Positions 1 to 8,986 of a DNA stretch of 64,000 bases are shown here, in pieces. Position numbers and translations under genes: made by a program. This DNA comes from an uncultured Parasphingorhabdus sp. Lineage in GTDB: Bacteria > Pseudomonadota > Alphaproteobacteria > Sphingomonadales > Sphingomonadaceae. The number at the start of each line of letters is the position of its first letter. Position 1 is the stretch's first letter. Below the pieces are notes generated by a model. That model saw only the letters and a program-made list of their open reading frames with translations. It was not told where the DNA came from and searched no databases. The stretch lies in NCBI GenBank assembly GCA_951813595.1, contig CATOTQ010000003.1, forward strand, positions 10,860-74,859, in the 5' to 3' direction.

Positions 1-158
1 TGCCCGGTGATTGGGACAAGAATTAGTTCGCGTTCCCGTGTTGCGGCGCTGGAAATCGCAATCAGGCCGGTGATCGCGAGGCCGCCTGCGATGAGTGCAA
101 GCCAGTTGCGCTGGCGCAGCAGTCTTTGGGCTGTTTCATGAGCAATTTGAGCATCCAT
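1..158 (-). CDS. traE: TraE-like F-type conjugative transfer protein, N-terminal part (continues beyond window start)
   Basis: ATG at 158 lies just downstream of an AAGGAGGAA Shine-Dalgarno. MDAQIAHETAQRLLRQRNWLALIAGGLAITGLIAISSAATRERELILVPITG is a short N-tail plus one TM helix. It follows the pilin and traL-like genes in F-type order traA-traL-traE. Confidence 0.5.
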   Translation of the reverse strand, partial: MDAQIAHETAQRLLRQRNWLALIAGGLAITGLIAISSAATRERELILVPITG

Positions 159-169
159 CTTTTCCTCCT

Positions 170-458
170 TCAGCCGGCCAGCAGTCGGCAGTGGGAGGGC
201 GGCGTGGCTTTGAGCCCCAGAAAGGAGCCGGGCAGATACCATTAGGCAGCATGGAGCAAACGGGAGCTTGCGCGTCCTGCTTTTTGCCTTTCGCAGGGCA
301 AACCAGACGATGAACGCAAAAAAAATTCCTACCAAAATATGCTGGGCTAATATGCCCCAGGCAAATGGTATGACCATTCCGAGAAACTCGTCGATCGTCC
401 AGAACCCGATCAGTTCCGGATCATCGAGCCGTCGGGGCAAAAGATATCTGTCAGCCAT
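170..458 (-). pseudogene. traL: TraL-like conjugative transfer protein, apparently disrupted (1-nt frameshift in a homopolymer plus in-frame TAA)
   Basis: The N-terminal frame MADRYLLPRRLDDPELIGFWTIDEFLGMVIPFAWGILAQHILVGIFFAFIVWFALRKAK fits the TraL layout. The conserved C-terminal part KAGRASSRLLHAA*WYLPGSFLGLKATPPSHCRLLAG lies in another frame after the T5 run at 281-285. It carries TAA (242-244) where F TraL has Tyr (KKGRGSSWLRDLIYWYMP). That frame ends with TGA at 170-172, overlapping the traE SD. Confidence 0.55.
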
Positions 459-486
459 GTTTCGCCGCCCTCCTTGCCGCTTGCGA

Positions 487-795
487 TCAGATGACCGCGG
501 TGACAACTGAGGTGACGATGGGAACGCCGGTCCCGACTCCGACTGGGACGGCGATTTGCCCCAACGAAAAGCGCCCTGATGCAAGGCCGATCAGACCGGC
601 AGCGAGACTAAGCACGGTGATTATCTTGCCGCCTGAACCTTCCAGAAAATCAGTAAATTTGGTGAGTGCTGGATCAAATGTATTGTCCGCGCCGGCATAG
701 GCAGCGCCGGCGCAGGCGAGCGCAATCGCGGCAGGGAGAATATAGTCGGTAGCGCGGCTGCGTTTTGTCTGGGTGTTTGTGGTCATGAAAATCAC
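487..795 (-). CDS. traA: TraA/TrbC/VirB2-like conjugative propilin
   Basis: About 100 aa with a basic leader, an A-x-A type cleavage-like site (AGAAYAGA) and two Gly/Ala/Val-rich hydrophobic helices. It is the first gene of the leftward tra operon. The start may be the ATG at 786. Confidence 0.5.
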   Translation of the reverse strand: MIFMTTNTQTKRSRATDYILPAAIALACAGAAYAGADNTFDPALTKFTDFLEGSGGKIITVLSLAAGLIGLASGRFSLGQIAVPVGVGTGVPIVTSVVTAVI

Positions 796-1150
796 TTTCG
801 CTTGAGAAATATGGAACAGCTTGTGTTCGCTGTATGTTCTCTATGCGAAAGCGAACGGCCTGTAGGAAAACAGGAAATAGCTTTGAATGTGTTCTACCAA
901 GCGAAAAACGACAAATTTGCATGCGCTGAACGGAATCTGCGCGGCTTCTGCTGCTACTCGCGCTGATTAGGCCGGAATGTGCGCAGTGCCTGCCGGATAT
1001 TGCGCAGCACTGACCAGATTCAGCGCGAATCAATGAGAAACACCGATTCGGATTTTCCTATTTGTTCTATTTATGTTCTTTTCATTTTCCTACAGGCATG
1101 TGGGCAGGCTAGCAGGTGAGTCGTTCCCAGGAATCCGATGGAAGGCTGAC

Positions 1151-1642
1151 ATGACAGACAAATTTGAAATTTCCGAACAACATATAAGGGCTGGGCTATC
1201 AACCTTGCTGAATTCAGCTGCGCAATCATCCGGTCGGCCGCGCTGCTCGATTGCGCGCGAGGCTAATCTGCATCGTGATGCACTCAGACGCGTTCTTAAA
1301 GGCGAGCGCAACCCAACGGTCAGTGAAGTCTTGCGGATATTGAGCGCATCCGGCGCCGCACCGCACGCGCATATGACTTTATATATTGCTGGTGACGGGA
1401 ACCGAGCGGCAGAATGGTTGCAGACCGATCTGGCGTTATTCTTCGATGCCTTTGTACGCGAGCTACCTGCTGCGCTGGAACAACAATTGGGTAACCAGCT
1501 ACACGACATCAAACCGCGATGGGCAAAGGGTACTGCGCAGCGGGTCGCACGGTTGCTCGCAGAGCATATTGATGAACTTGCCCGAAAGGATGCACTGCTC
1601 GCGCAGGATATTCCGAACTCCGCCGGAGGGGCTCATGCTTGA
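1151..1642 (+). CDS. XRE/Cro-type helix-turn-helix regulator
   Basis: HTH segment CSIAREANLHRDALRRVLKGERNPTVSEVLRILSASG. The ATG at 1151 (MTDKFEISEQ) is preferred over the ORF-track start at 1073. The stop overlaps the next start (ATGCTTGA). Confidence 0.6.
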   Translation: MTDKFEISEQHIRAGLSTLLNSAAQSSGRPRCSIAREANLHRDALRRVLKGERNPTVSEVLRILSASGAAPHAHMTLYIAGDGNRAAEWLQTDLALFFDAFVRELPAALEQQLGNQLHDIKPRWAKGTAQRVARLLAEHIDELARKDALLAQDIPNSAGGAHA

Positions 1643-1847
1643 ACGGATCGATGATGAACTCGCGCAGGATCCCCCAATGCGGCTAATCCGTTTGAAAGAA
1701 GTCGTGCACCGCGTTGGTCTGGGCCGTTCCACGATTTATCGTTGGATGGACGAAGGGAAGTTCCCAAAGCCGCATTCCCTGGGGGGATATGCAGTTGCTT
1801 GGTTAGAGACTGATATTGAGCAATGGATTAAATCAAAATTGAACTGA
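1635..1847 (+). CDS. alpA: AlpA-family (MerR-like) phage/ICE transcriptional regulator
   Basis: 70 aa: MLERIDDELAQDPPMRLIRLKEVVHRVGLGRSTIYRWMDEGKFPKPHSLGGYAVAWLETDIEQWI. This is the typical AlpA signature (RL.EV....G.SRSTIYR....G.FP.P...G...V.W....I..W). It is the internal start of ORF 1386..1847. Confidence 0.8.
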   Translation: MLERIDDELAQDPPMRLIRLKEVVHRVGLGRSTIYRWMDEGKFPKPHSLGGYAVAWLETDIEQWIKSKLN

Positions 1848-2256
1848 TCGGCTTCTGATTGGTGATCCAGAGATTAAGTTGCCCGTTGGATTCTGATAGG
1901 AAGCACACCAAATTCGCTCGGCAGTTGAGAACAATAATTGCGACTATTGGATAATATCTCCCTACCAGCAATGTCAGATAGCATGCTTTAGGAGGATCCG
2001 CACCGGTCTCGAACGCCATCTCTAATATAACATCGAAGGCGTGAGCCCGCTTGGCATAAGGAATTAGTGAGCCACCACCGATGTGGATGAACTGGCGGAG
2101 ACCCTGAGCCAGGTTACCATCATCGCGCGTTTCGATGTGCCAGCAGGTGTCGATGTTGTGCAAGCCAAGACCATCATCAACACCGCCCATATCGGCGTGA
2201 TGTTGGGCCTGAAATATAATCTTGAGGAACCCGCAGGGTAACAGTGGAGCCATCAC
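1828..2256 (-). CDS. hypothetical protein (weak)
   Basis: It is the only long ORF in 1850-2370. No motif was recognised. Confidence 0.25.
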   Translation of the reverse strand: MMAPLLPCGFLKIIFQAQHHADMGGVDDGLGLHNIDTCWHIETRDDGNLAQGLRQFIHIGGGSLIPYAKRAHAFDVILEMAFETGADPPKACYLTLLVGRYYPIVAIIVLNCRANLVCFLSESNGQLNLWITNQKPISSILI

Positions 2257-2370
2257 CTCTCTTCAAACCAAAGGAAGAAGGTTTGCGGAAGACTCAAAAA
2301 CGGTTCGACTTACTTGTTTCAGGTTTCCCCTAAACATGCAACCGTGAGGCGGCCGGTCTGGCTATCATAA

Positions 2371-2817
2371 CTACCCTCCGTCTTGCGGTAGCGCTTTCAC
2401 ATGAGCGGACATATCACCGAAAAAAGGTCGCTTTGTAACGCGCCGGGCAAATCGCCAACGGCCATCAACCCGTTCAAAATCATCATGATATTCGCCGGAA
2501 AATATGGCCTGCAAGGGGCGGTCATCTATTTGTTGCAGCAAGGTTATATAGCTCGTGCATGATGCGACGCCTTGATCATCGTCAATGTTCAGGTCAACAT
2601 TGGTGACGACATGGCGCGTTCTGGGGGTTCCGTCCGGATAGACAATTAGAATATTGTTGATCATCTCGAACATCTGCTCTTTGCCTTTGAGCAGCGGTGC
2701 GTCCTCAGAGCCCCACTCGCCATGTTCAAAAAGGGCCGCCCAGCCTTCCAGGTCACCATTGTCCAGCAAAAATGTATAGCTGTTGATCAGATGCAGAATT
2801 TCTTCTCGGCTGGTCAT
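2371..2817 (-). CDS. SnoaL-like / NTF2-fold protein (SnoaL_4 type)
   Basis: INSYTFLLDNGDLEGWAALFEHGEW is the typical N-terminal SnoaL_4 pattern. About 148 aa, last gene of the P450 operon. Confidence 0.7.
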   Translation of the reverse strand: MTSREEILHLINSYTFLLDNGDLEGWAALFEHGEWGSEDAPLLKGKEQMFEMINNILIVYPDGTPRTRHVVTNVDLNIDDDQGVASCTSYITLLQQIDDRPLQAIFSGEYHDDFERVDGRWRFARRVTKRPFFGDMSAHVKALPQDGG

Positions 2818-2853
2818 CTTCGTATCATCCTTGCTGTGCCCTATTTGTTGCCC

Positions 2854-3618
2854 TTAGGGGCCGACGGTCGCGCCACCATCGACCGCTATTGATTGCCCGA
2901 CCATGAAGCTTGAACGGTCGGAAGCAAGATAGAGGATCGCATCGGCAATTTCCGATGGTTTGCCAAAACGCGCGGCGGGAACCATCTGGAGAACTGCTTC
3001 CTTTTGTTCCGGGTTATTTTTAAAATGCGTATCGACCATCGCTGTTGCTACCGGCCCGGGGGCGACGGCATTAATGCGCACGCCATGCCCAATTGCCTCC
3101 AGCGCGACCGAGCGAGTGAGGCCGAGTACCGCATGCTTGCTTGCGACATAGAATTGCAGCCCCGCTGATCCGATGCCTTCTGCCATGGCGGAAGTGTTGA
3201 TGATCGCGCTTTTCTCCAGACCCTGCATATGCTTCAATTCATGCTTCATGCAAAGCCACAGGCTTTTGACATTGACGCCAAACACAAAGTCATAGGTTTC
3301 GACGGTTTGATCCACCAGCATAGTGGGAGCGTGTTCGACGCCGGCATTGTTCACCGCGACATCGATATCTCCCAGCTCTTCGATGACGGTGGCCACCATC
3401 GCTTCTACTTTGTCCTCCTGAGTAAGATCGCAGTCAATTTGCAGCGTCTTGATGCCCGGATCGGAGATCATTTTTCGGGTTTCTTCATTGCCGTTGGCAT
3501 TAATATCCACCAGTACGAGATTTGCCCCCTGTTCGGCAAAGGCAAGCGCAGTTGCCCGCCCAATACCCGAGCCAGCGCCAGTAACAATGACATTTTTTCC
3601 TCTAAACTCGTCGGTCAT
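2854..3618 (-). CDS. short-chain dehydrogenase/reductase (SDR)
   Basis: TGAGSGIGRA Rossmann motif, NNAG, and catalytic YVASKHAV (YxxxK). Confidence 0.9.
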   Translation of the reverse strand: MTDEFRGKNVIVTGAGSGIGRATALAFAEQGANLVLVDINANGNEETRKMISDPGIKTLQIDCDLTQEDKVEAMVATVIEELGDIDVAVNNAGVEHAPTMLVDQTVETYDFVFGVNVKSLWLCMKHELKHMQGLEKSAIINTSAMAEGIGSAGLQFYVASKHAVLGLTRSVALEAIGHGVRINAVAPGPVATAMVDTHFKNNPEQKEAVLQMVPAARFGKPSEIADAILYLASDRSSFMVGQSIAVDGGATVGP

Positions 3619-3637
3619 TGTTGCTTCTCTATCCTTT

Positions 3638-4852
3638 TCAAGTTCTTGCGACTGGATTAAAAGTCATCGGTAGCGTGGCATAGCCCCATACCGGACCATA
3701 GGGCCGCAGTTTTGCTTCTCCTGCAGGGCGCATTTTTTTCATGCGATCCAAAATAACGTCCATGCCCTCTTCCAAAATGGCCTTTGCCATGAACATGCCC
3801 GGGCAAATGTGATGTCCTTGGCCCCAGGCACAATGGTTCTTTTTCTCACGGTCGATATCAAATTTATCGGGGGTTTCGTTGGCAGCTGCATCTCGGCCCG
3901 CCACCGTAACTGGCATGAATAGCATCGTCTCTTTGGGGAAAGTAACATCGCGATATTCGATATCGATATTGGTCATGCGGTTTAAGATACCAATCGGATT
4001 TTGATAGCGCAGCGATTCTTCGATGAAGGGTTTGATTTTTGATCGATCCTTTTCAATTATGTCCAATTGCTCGGGAAAATCGAGCATTGCTTTCATCATT
4101 AGAATAAGGTGGTTTTTAGAAGTATCATAACCCCCGGCCAGAAGATGAACGATCAAAATCCGGATTTCTTCTTCGCTTAGCTGTGCATTGTCGTCACCCA
4201 GGTCAACGACTTGCTGTAACAGATCCTCCTTGCGATTTTCAGGCTGTCGTCGTTCTTCCACCAGGCTTTCAGCATAGATGAACATATTTTTTAGAGCGTC
4301 GTCCACCGCGGCCATATTTTCGGGCGTCGGAGCCGTAACCGATGCCATGCTTTCCAGCCAGGCTTCGAATTTTGGAATGTAGCTGGCATCGATCCCAAGC
4401 AGGCTGCACATGACGGTGATCGGATAATGGCGGGCGAAATCAGCAAAATCGCATTCGCCGCTGCTGGCATATGCATCAATCGCCGTGTGGATCGTTTCGC
4501 GCATCAACGGGCGGTGGATGTTCATCGCTTTGGGCCCAAGCGGCCGGTTGATAGCGTTGCGCATATTTTTGTGCTCTTCACCTTCCAGCGCCTGCATGAA
4601 ATGATCATTAAAGCGCGCGAAGGAGGAGCTCGGGTCGGCGCCGACCAATTTTGTGACATCGCGATTGGCTGTTCGGCAATCCTGACTCTTCAGGAAATAT
4701 TTCATCGATTCCAGATCCAGAAGCATATAGCCGTGATTATATTTCACGACCCAGTTTTCCTTGCGAAGCTCGCTTGTCAGAGCATGCGGATCATCCAGAT
4801 ACTCATTGGAGTAGACATCCACCTCGGGGAGCTCGAGTTCATCCAGTCTCAT
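3638..4852 (-). CDS. cytochrome P450 (family A, ~404 aa)
   Basis: I-helix LLAGGYDTSKN, ExxR EESLRY, Cys-loop HCAWGQGHHICPGMFMA. Trp sits at the normally Phe position. Confidence 0.9.
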   Translation of the reverse strand: MRLDELELPEVDVYSNEYLDDPHALTSELRKENWVVKYNHGYMLLDLESMKYFLKSQDCRTANRDVTKLVGADPSSSFARFNDHFMQALEGEEHKNMRNAINRPLGPKAMNIHRPLMRETIHTAIDAYASSGECDFADFARHYPITVMCSLLGIDASYIPKFEAWLESMASVTAPTPENMAAVDDALKNMFIYAESLVEERRQPENRKEDLLQQVVDLGDDNAQLSEEEIRILIVHLLAGGYDTSKNHLILMMKAMLDFPEQLDIIEKDRSKIKPFIEESLRYQNPIGILNRMTNIDIEYRDVTFPKETMLFMPVTVAGRDAAANETPDKFDIDREKKNHCAWGQGHHICPGMFMAKAILEEGMDVILDRMKKMRPAGEAKLRPYGPVWGYATLPMTFNPVART

Positions 4853-4890
4853 CTTGTTGATTCCTCCTCATCGTTTTCTTGACGTAATGT

Positions 4891-5859
4891 TCATCTTGCG
4901 CGAAGCATCACTCCGGTGCCCTCTTTATTGGCCCCGTTGATGATCACGCCCGGAATTTTGAGGCCCCCGCAGCAGTTAACGCCTCGCTCCAGGCAGCCAA
5001 TTCCCTGATATTCATTGGCGGAAAACTCCATGAGTCCCTCAAAGCCGATCCATTCAGAGTGACTCACAATCCCGCCGCCCAGAAAATTTCTGAATTGAAG
5101 GTCAAAGCGTTTGCCATCCTGCGTTTCAAGCCAGCCCTGCGCTTCGGTAAAGCTTACGCCGTCGACTTCCATGAGTGGTCTCAGCTCCCAGTCTTTAAGC
5201 GGCGTCAACTTTCCATTTTCAACGATAAAGCCGCATTTCATCAGCTGGCCAGGAAACATAGCTACGGATGTGGCGAAGAAAGAAAATTCCTCGCCGGTCG
5301 TGCCGTTGATCCAGTTGCTTGTCTGAATTTCGTGAGTGTCGCGCGGACCCCATGAATGGTCGCGATGTCCGACACCGGATATTTCGGCCGTCTTTTCGCC
5401 GATTTCAATCTTGCCTGTCACTGTTCCGGCCACTTCGAAATGAGCGGAAGATATATCGTCCATCATTCCGCCAAAAGCAGACAGGTCCATATAGGCTTCC
5501 AGTGGTGCGGCTTCGTAAAGATCGGTAAAGACGAGTTCTGCACGAAAATCATCCTGAGCAACCGAGCAGCTCCATCCGCCTTTCTCAATATGCTGGAGGG
5601 TTAACCCGTCCACACTATATTTACCGTCTTCGCGCATCCATGCCGCATAGGGAATGCTGTGGCTGGTGCGCCTGGTGTATCGACCATCATCGGCGATAAG
5701 GATGTTCCAGATATGCGCCGTTCCGGCATTGGGTTGATGCGCTATGCGATGAAGGCCGGAAAAGCCTGTGTCTTTGTCAGCCCACCAGAACCATTGCGAT
5801 TCATTCCAACTTTTTTCAGGTCCCGCCGCGAGGGGTTTGCGGACTTCGATTACGCTCAT
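4891..5859 (-). CDS. uncharacterised conserved protein, U-family paralog 1 (RDHSWG motif)
   Basis: Paralog of 15387, 18228 and 36304. Motifs WNESQWFWW and GHRDHSWGPRD. The ATG at 5859 with a GGAGAG RBS is preferred over the ORF-track start at 5907. It lies immediately upstream of a P450 in the same operon. Confidence 0.75.
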   Translation of the reverse strand: MSVIEVRKPLAAGPEKSWNESQWFWWADKDTGFSGLHRIAHQPNAGTAHIWNILIADDGRYTRRTSHSIPYAAWMREDGKYSVDGLTLQHIEKGGWSCSVAQDDFRAELVFTDLYEAAPLEAYMDLSAFGGMMDDISSAHFEVAGTVTGKIEIGEKTAEISGVGHRDHSWGPRDTHEIQTSNWINGTTGEEFSFFATSVAMFPGQLMKCGFIVENGKLTPLKDWELRPLMEVDGVSFTEAQGWLETQDGKRFDLQFRNFLGGGIVSHSEWIGFEGLMEFSANEYQGIGCLERGVNCCGGLKIPGVIINGANKEGTGVMLRAR

Positions 5860-6089
5860 TTTTCTCTCCGTGGCCGACGATCGAGCAATTAACATGCAGT
5901 TCGCCATAAACCCATTGGCTACCGACGGCCATGCAATCCGCCGATTCCAAACTTCACCAGAATTTCAAATTTATTAATATATCAGTCAATATAATAATAT
6001 TGTCAAGTTGGAGTTTGCGGTATTGGCAACCTTTCACTGTTCTTAGCTAAATGTGAGTATTTCCAGCCAGCTCAACAGCCGTTGCGAAG

Positions 6090-6740
6090 CTATTTGAGAG
6101 GCTTGATCAAATCCGCCGCAAATAGCCGCTCAAGGCTGCGCAATGCTTCAAAATGGTTTGAATTATTCGCCTCAATACTGTGCTGGGTTCCGCCAAATAC
6201 GACTAGGGACAAAACATTTTCGACGGCATGCCTGTCGTTGGCGTCAATTTCGCCCGTTGAAACTCCTATGTCGGTGATCCCTTGATAAATTTTCAGCCAA
6301 TCTTTGTCCAGATTTGGATCCTTCAGTTCATCGTTTCGCCGCATTTCGTTGCGCACAACAGCGTTGAATTTAGCGTAGCTCGGATGCTCGATCAGAAGAG
6401 TTTGAGAGGCATCGAAAAAATACTGCATAGCTTCCAGAAACGTCGCGCATTCAAGCGATGGCAGTATGTGTTCCTTGATTCTTTTTTGCGTAGATCGATG
6501 AGCCGATCGAAACAGGTCCTGCTTGTTTTCAAAATAATGATAGATCGTGCCAGTGGTTAGTCGTGCACGTTCCGCGATCAATTTGTTCGACGTTTCCTTG
6601 AAACCAAACTCGCCGAAGCAATAGCGAGCGGCATCCTTGATCTTTTTCTTGGTCTTCTCGCTGTCGCCGGCCACAGGACGGCCTGCGCCACGTTTACGTA
6701 CTACGGGTTTGGTCGCCGCCTTGCTCGCGCTCTCTGCCAA
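6090..6740 (-). CDS. TetR-family transcriptional regulator
   Basis: N-terminal HTH: IKDAARYCFGEFGFKETSNKLIAERARLTTGTIYHYFENKQDLF. Confidence 0.9.
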   Translation of the reverse strand: MAESASKAATKPVVRKRGAGRPVAGDSEKTKKKIKDAARYCFGEFGFKETSNKLIAERARLTTGTIYHYFENKQDLFRSAHRSTQKRIKEHILPSLECATFLEAMQYFFDASQTLLIEHPSYAKFNAVVRNEMRRNDELKDPNLDKDWLKIYQGITDIGVSTGEIDANDRHAVENVLSLVVFGGTQHSIEANNSNHFEALRSLERLFAADLIKPLK

Positions 6741-6758
6741 TTTTTACCTTTCAAATTA

Positions 6759-6775
6759 ATCACCAAATTAGTGAT
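6759..6775. promoter_or_regulatory. candidate operator: inverted repeat ATCAC-N7-GTGAT in the tetR / E1alpha divergent region
   Basis: aATCACcaaattaGTGATa lies directly upstream of the TetR start (6740) and upstream of the E1alpha operon. Confidence 0.25.
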
Positions 6776-6921
6776 ATTGATATTTCCTGTTCGCATATGC
6801 CTCTCTGCAAAGCAAGGCTATGAGTACAACAGAACCCCAGCTAAAATTTTGATACCACCACCAAATCATAATTGACTGACCAGTTAAAAAAAGATAGATG
6901 AACGGTATTAGGAGGATTTCT

Positions 6922-7902
6922 ATGACCACGTCGCGCCAGAATCAGGCCTGGATATATGAACGGATGTTTCGCAGCCGTTATATGGAAGAACAGCTGATAC
7001 CAATTTATTTTCAGGACAAGTTGCCAGCTTTTGATATGCGTAAGGGGCCCTTGCCGGGCGAAATGCACTGGTCATTCGGACAGGAGCCTGTTGGCGCCGG
7101 CGTGTGTTCAGTTCTTGGCCCAGAAGATATCGTCACTACGGCACACCGCCCTCACCATGTGGCCGTTGGGCGCGACGTGAACCTCAATAAACTGGTGGCC
7201 GAACTTCTTCAGCGCAAATCAGGTTTGAGCGCAGGTAAGGGCGGTCATATGCATCTCTACTATCCTTCGGTGAACTTTTCCTGTTCATCGATTGTTGGCG
7301 AGAGTGCGGGGCCGACTGCCGGCATGGCAATGGCGAAGAAAATGCGCGGAGAACCGGGTGTGGCAGTGACGGTTATCGGCGAAGGCGCGACCAATCAGGG
7401 TATGTGGCATGAGGCTTTGAATATGGCGGTGCTATGGAAACTGCCCTTCATTTGCGTGATTGAAGACAACTACTACGGCGTTACAGTTGCAAAGCATGAA
7501 TCGACATCCATTGCGCGCAACAGCGATCGCGCATCGGCCTACGGCTGTCCCGGTGAATACGTGGAAGGCAATGATGCCGACAAGATTGCCGAGGCAATGG
7601 AGCGTGCGGTGAAGCATGCGCGGGATGGCAAGGGGCCATATATTTTGGAAGTGCAGACAGCACGGTTGCAAGGCCATTTCGCTGGTGATCAGGGTGCTTA
7701 TATTCCCGATGATATCAAAGCTGAATATTTGGTCGATGCGCTGCCGGAATATCGGCAGAGATTGCTTGACGGCGGGATGAGTGAGGCCGATCTGGAGGCG
7801 CTGGAAACCAGCGTTAAGGCGGGCGTTGATGAGGCGATCAAGCTAGCGTTGGCCGATGAACATGCCCCGCCAGAAGCGGCCCTAGAAAAATTGTTTGCTT
7901 GA
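6922..7902 (+). CDS. TPP-dependent 2-oxoacid/acetoin dehydrogenase E1 alpha subunit
   Basis: TPP motif GEGATNQG...(x)...IEDNYYG and E1alpha-like HMH/Y regions. AGGAGG RBS at 6910-6915 with ATG at 6922. Confidence 0.85.
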   Translation: MTTSRQNQAWIYERMFRSRYMEEQLIPIYFQDKLPAFDMRKGPLPGEMHWSFGQEPVGAGVCSVLGPEDIVTTAHRPHHVAVGRDVNLNKLVAELLQRKSGLSAGKGGHMHLYYPSVNFSCSSIVGESAGPTAGMAMAKKMRGEPGVAVTVIGEGATNQGMWHEALNMAVLWKLPFICVIEDNYYGVTVAKHESTSIARNSDRASAYGCPGEYVEGNDADKIAEAMERAVKHARDGKGPYILEVQTARLQGHFAGDQGAYIPDDIKAEYLVDALPEYRQRLLDGGMSEADLEALETSVKAGVDEAIKLALADEHAPPEAALEKLFA

Positions 7903-7914
7903 GGTGACGGTAAG

Positions 7915-8940
7915 ATGAGCGAAGAAACACAAGAAAATCAACGCATCCTAACCCCGGCTCGCGCCGGCCGCGAAGCGGTCATCTGGGAAATGGAGAAAGA
8001 CAAGAATGTCTTTTTCATGGGTGAAGATGTTTTCCATATGGGCGGTGTATTTAACACTGCAACCGGTCTGGCTGAACAATTCCCTGATCGTATTATCGAT
8101 ACGCCAATTTCCGAAGAAGGCTTTGTCGGCATAGCTGCTGGCGCTGCGATAGAAGGTATGCGGCCAATAGTGGAAATCGCCTTTGCCGATTTTCTATTGG
8201 TCTGCATGAACCCGCTCGCCAACTATGCGGCCAAAACGCACTATATGTCCAATGGACAGCTAAAAGTACCGATGACGCTTTTGGTGGGTGCAGGCGGCGG
8301 TTACAATAACGGCGCTGAGCAATCCCAGACGTTATATGCCATGCTGGCTCATTTCCCAGGTTTGAAGATCGTGGCTCCGTCCAACGCATACAATGCCAAG
8401 GGGTTGATCCATGCTGCAATCCGCGATGATAATCCGGTGGTGGTAATGTATAACAAGGCCACAATGGGTGTAGGCTGGCTAGGCCCTGCCATTCCAACAA
8501 TTATGAAGGAAGTGCCGGAAGAAGACTATGTCATACCGCTGGACAAGGCAGAAGTGATGCGTGAAGGCAGCGACATCACTCTGGTCGGTCTGGCTTGGAC
8601 CGTGCATCAATGTTTGATGGCCGCTGAAGAATTGGCTGAGGCAGGTATTTCTGCCGAGGTTATTGATCTCCGGTCCCTTGCACCGGTCGATGCCGATACT
8701 ATTGTTACGTCGGTTCAAAAGACTGGTCGATTGATTGTCGCGGACGAAGATTATCAAAGCTATGGCGCGACGGCAGAAGTGCTTGCCTCCTGTGTTGAAC
8801 GGGATGCAGCGATGTTCAAGGCACCGCCCAAACGCATCGGCTATCCCGACGTACCGCCCCCGGCCGGCAAAACCATGGAGGCTCTGTGCATGCCGAGCGC
8901 TGACAAGATTGTTGCTGCGGCAAAGGATATGATGGGCTGA
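7915..8940 (+). CDS. 2-oxoacid/acetoin dehydrogenase E1 beta subunit (transketolase-like)
   Basis: FFMGEDV...GGVF..T.GL...FP.R..DTPISE.GF.G.A.GAA..G.RP pattern. C-terminal transketolase domain (DLRSLAPVD). Confidence 0.9.
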   Translation: MSEETQENQRILTPARAGREAVIWEMEKDKNVFFMGEDVFHMGGVFNTATGLAEQFPDRIIDTPISEEGFVGIAAGAAIEGMRPIVEIAFADFLLVCMNPLANYAAKTHYMSNGQLKVPMTLLVGAGGGYNNGAEQSQTLYAMLAHFPGLKIVAPSNAYNAKGLIHAAIRDDNPVVVMYNKATMGVGWLGPAIPTIMKEVPEEDYVIPLDKAEVMREGSDITLVGLAWTVHQCLMAAEELAEAGISAEVIDLRSLAPVDADTIVTSVQKTGRLIVADEDYQSYGATAEVLASCVERDAAMFKAPPKRIGYPDVPPPAGKTMEALCMPSADKIVAAAKDMMG

Positions 8941-8986
8941 TCAACACTCTGGAGAGTAATGAAGGATTGAAGCGAGGAATGAACTG

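Noticed and set aside
1-458. Genuine TraL-TraE fusion protein (open frame from 458 to the window edge)
   Set aside because: The conserved TraL C-terminus is found in another frame that ends neatly at the traE Shine-Dalgarno. The open read-through frame encodes unconserved sequence (SRTRKLPFAPCCLMVSARLL...). A frameshift plus a nonsense lesion is the simpler explanation.
674-1033. 119-aa ORF upstream of the pilin gene
   Set aside because: It overlaps the pilin gene start and is Arg/Cys/Ser-rich and low-complexity, with no RBS. The region more likely holds the tra promoter and possibly oriT-like repeats (CTTTCGC ... GCGAAAG at about 800-855), which I could not substantiate.
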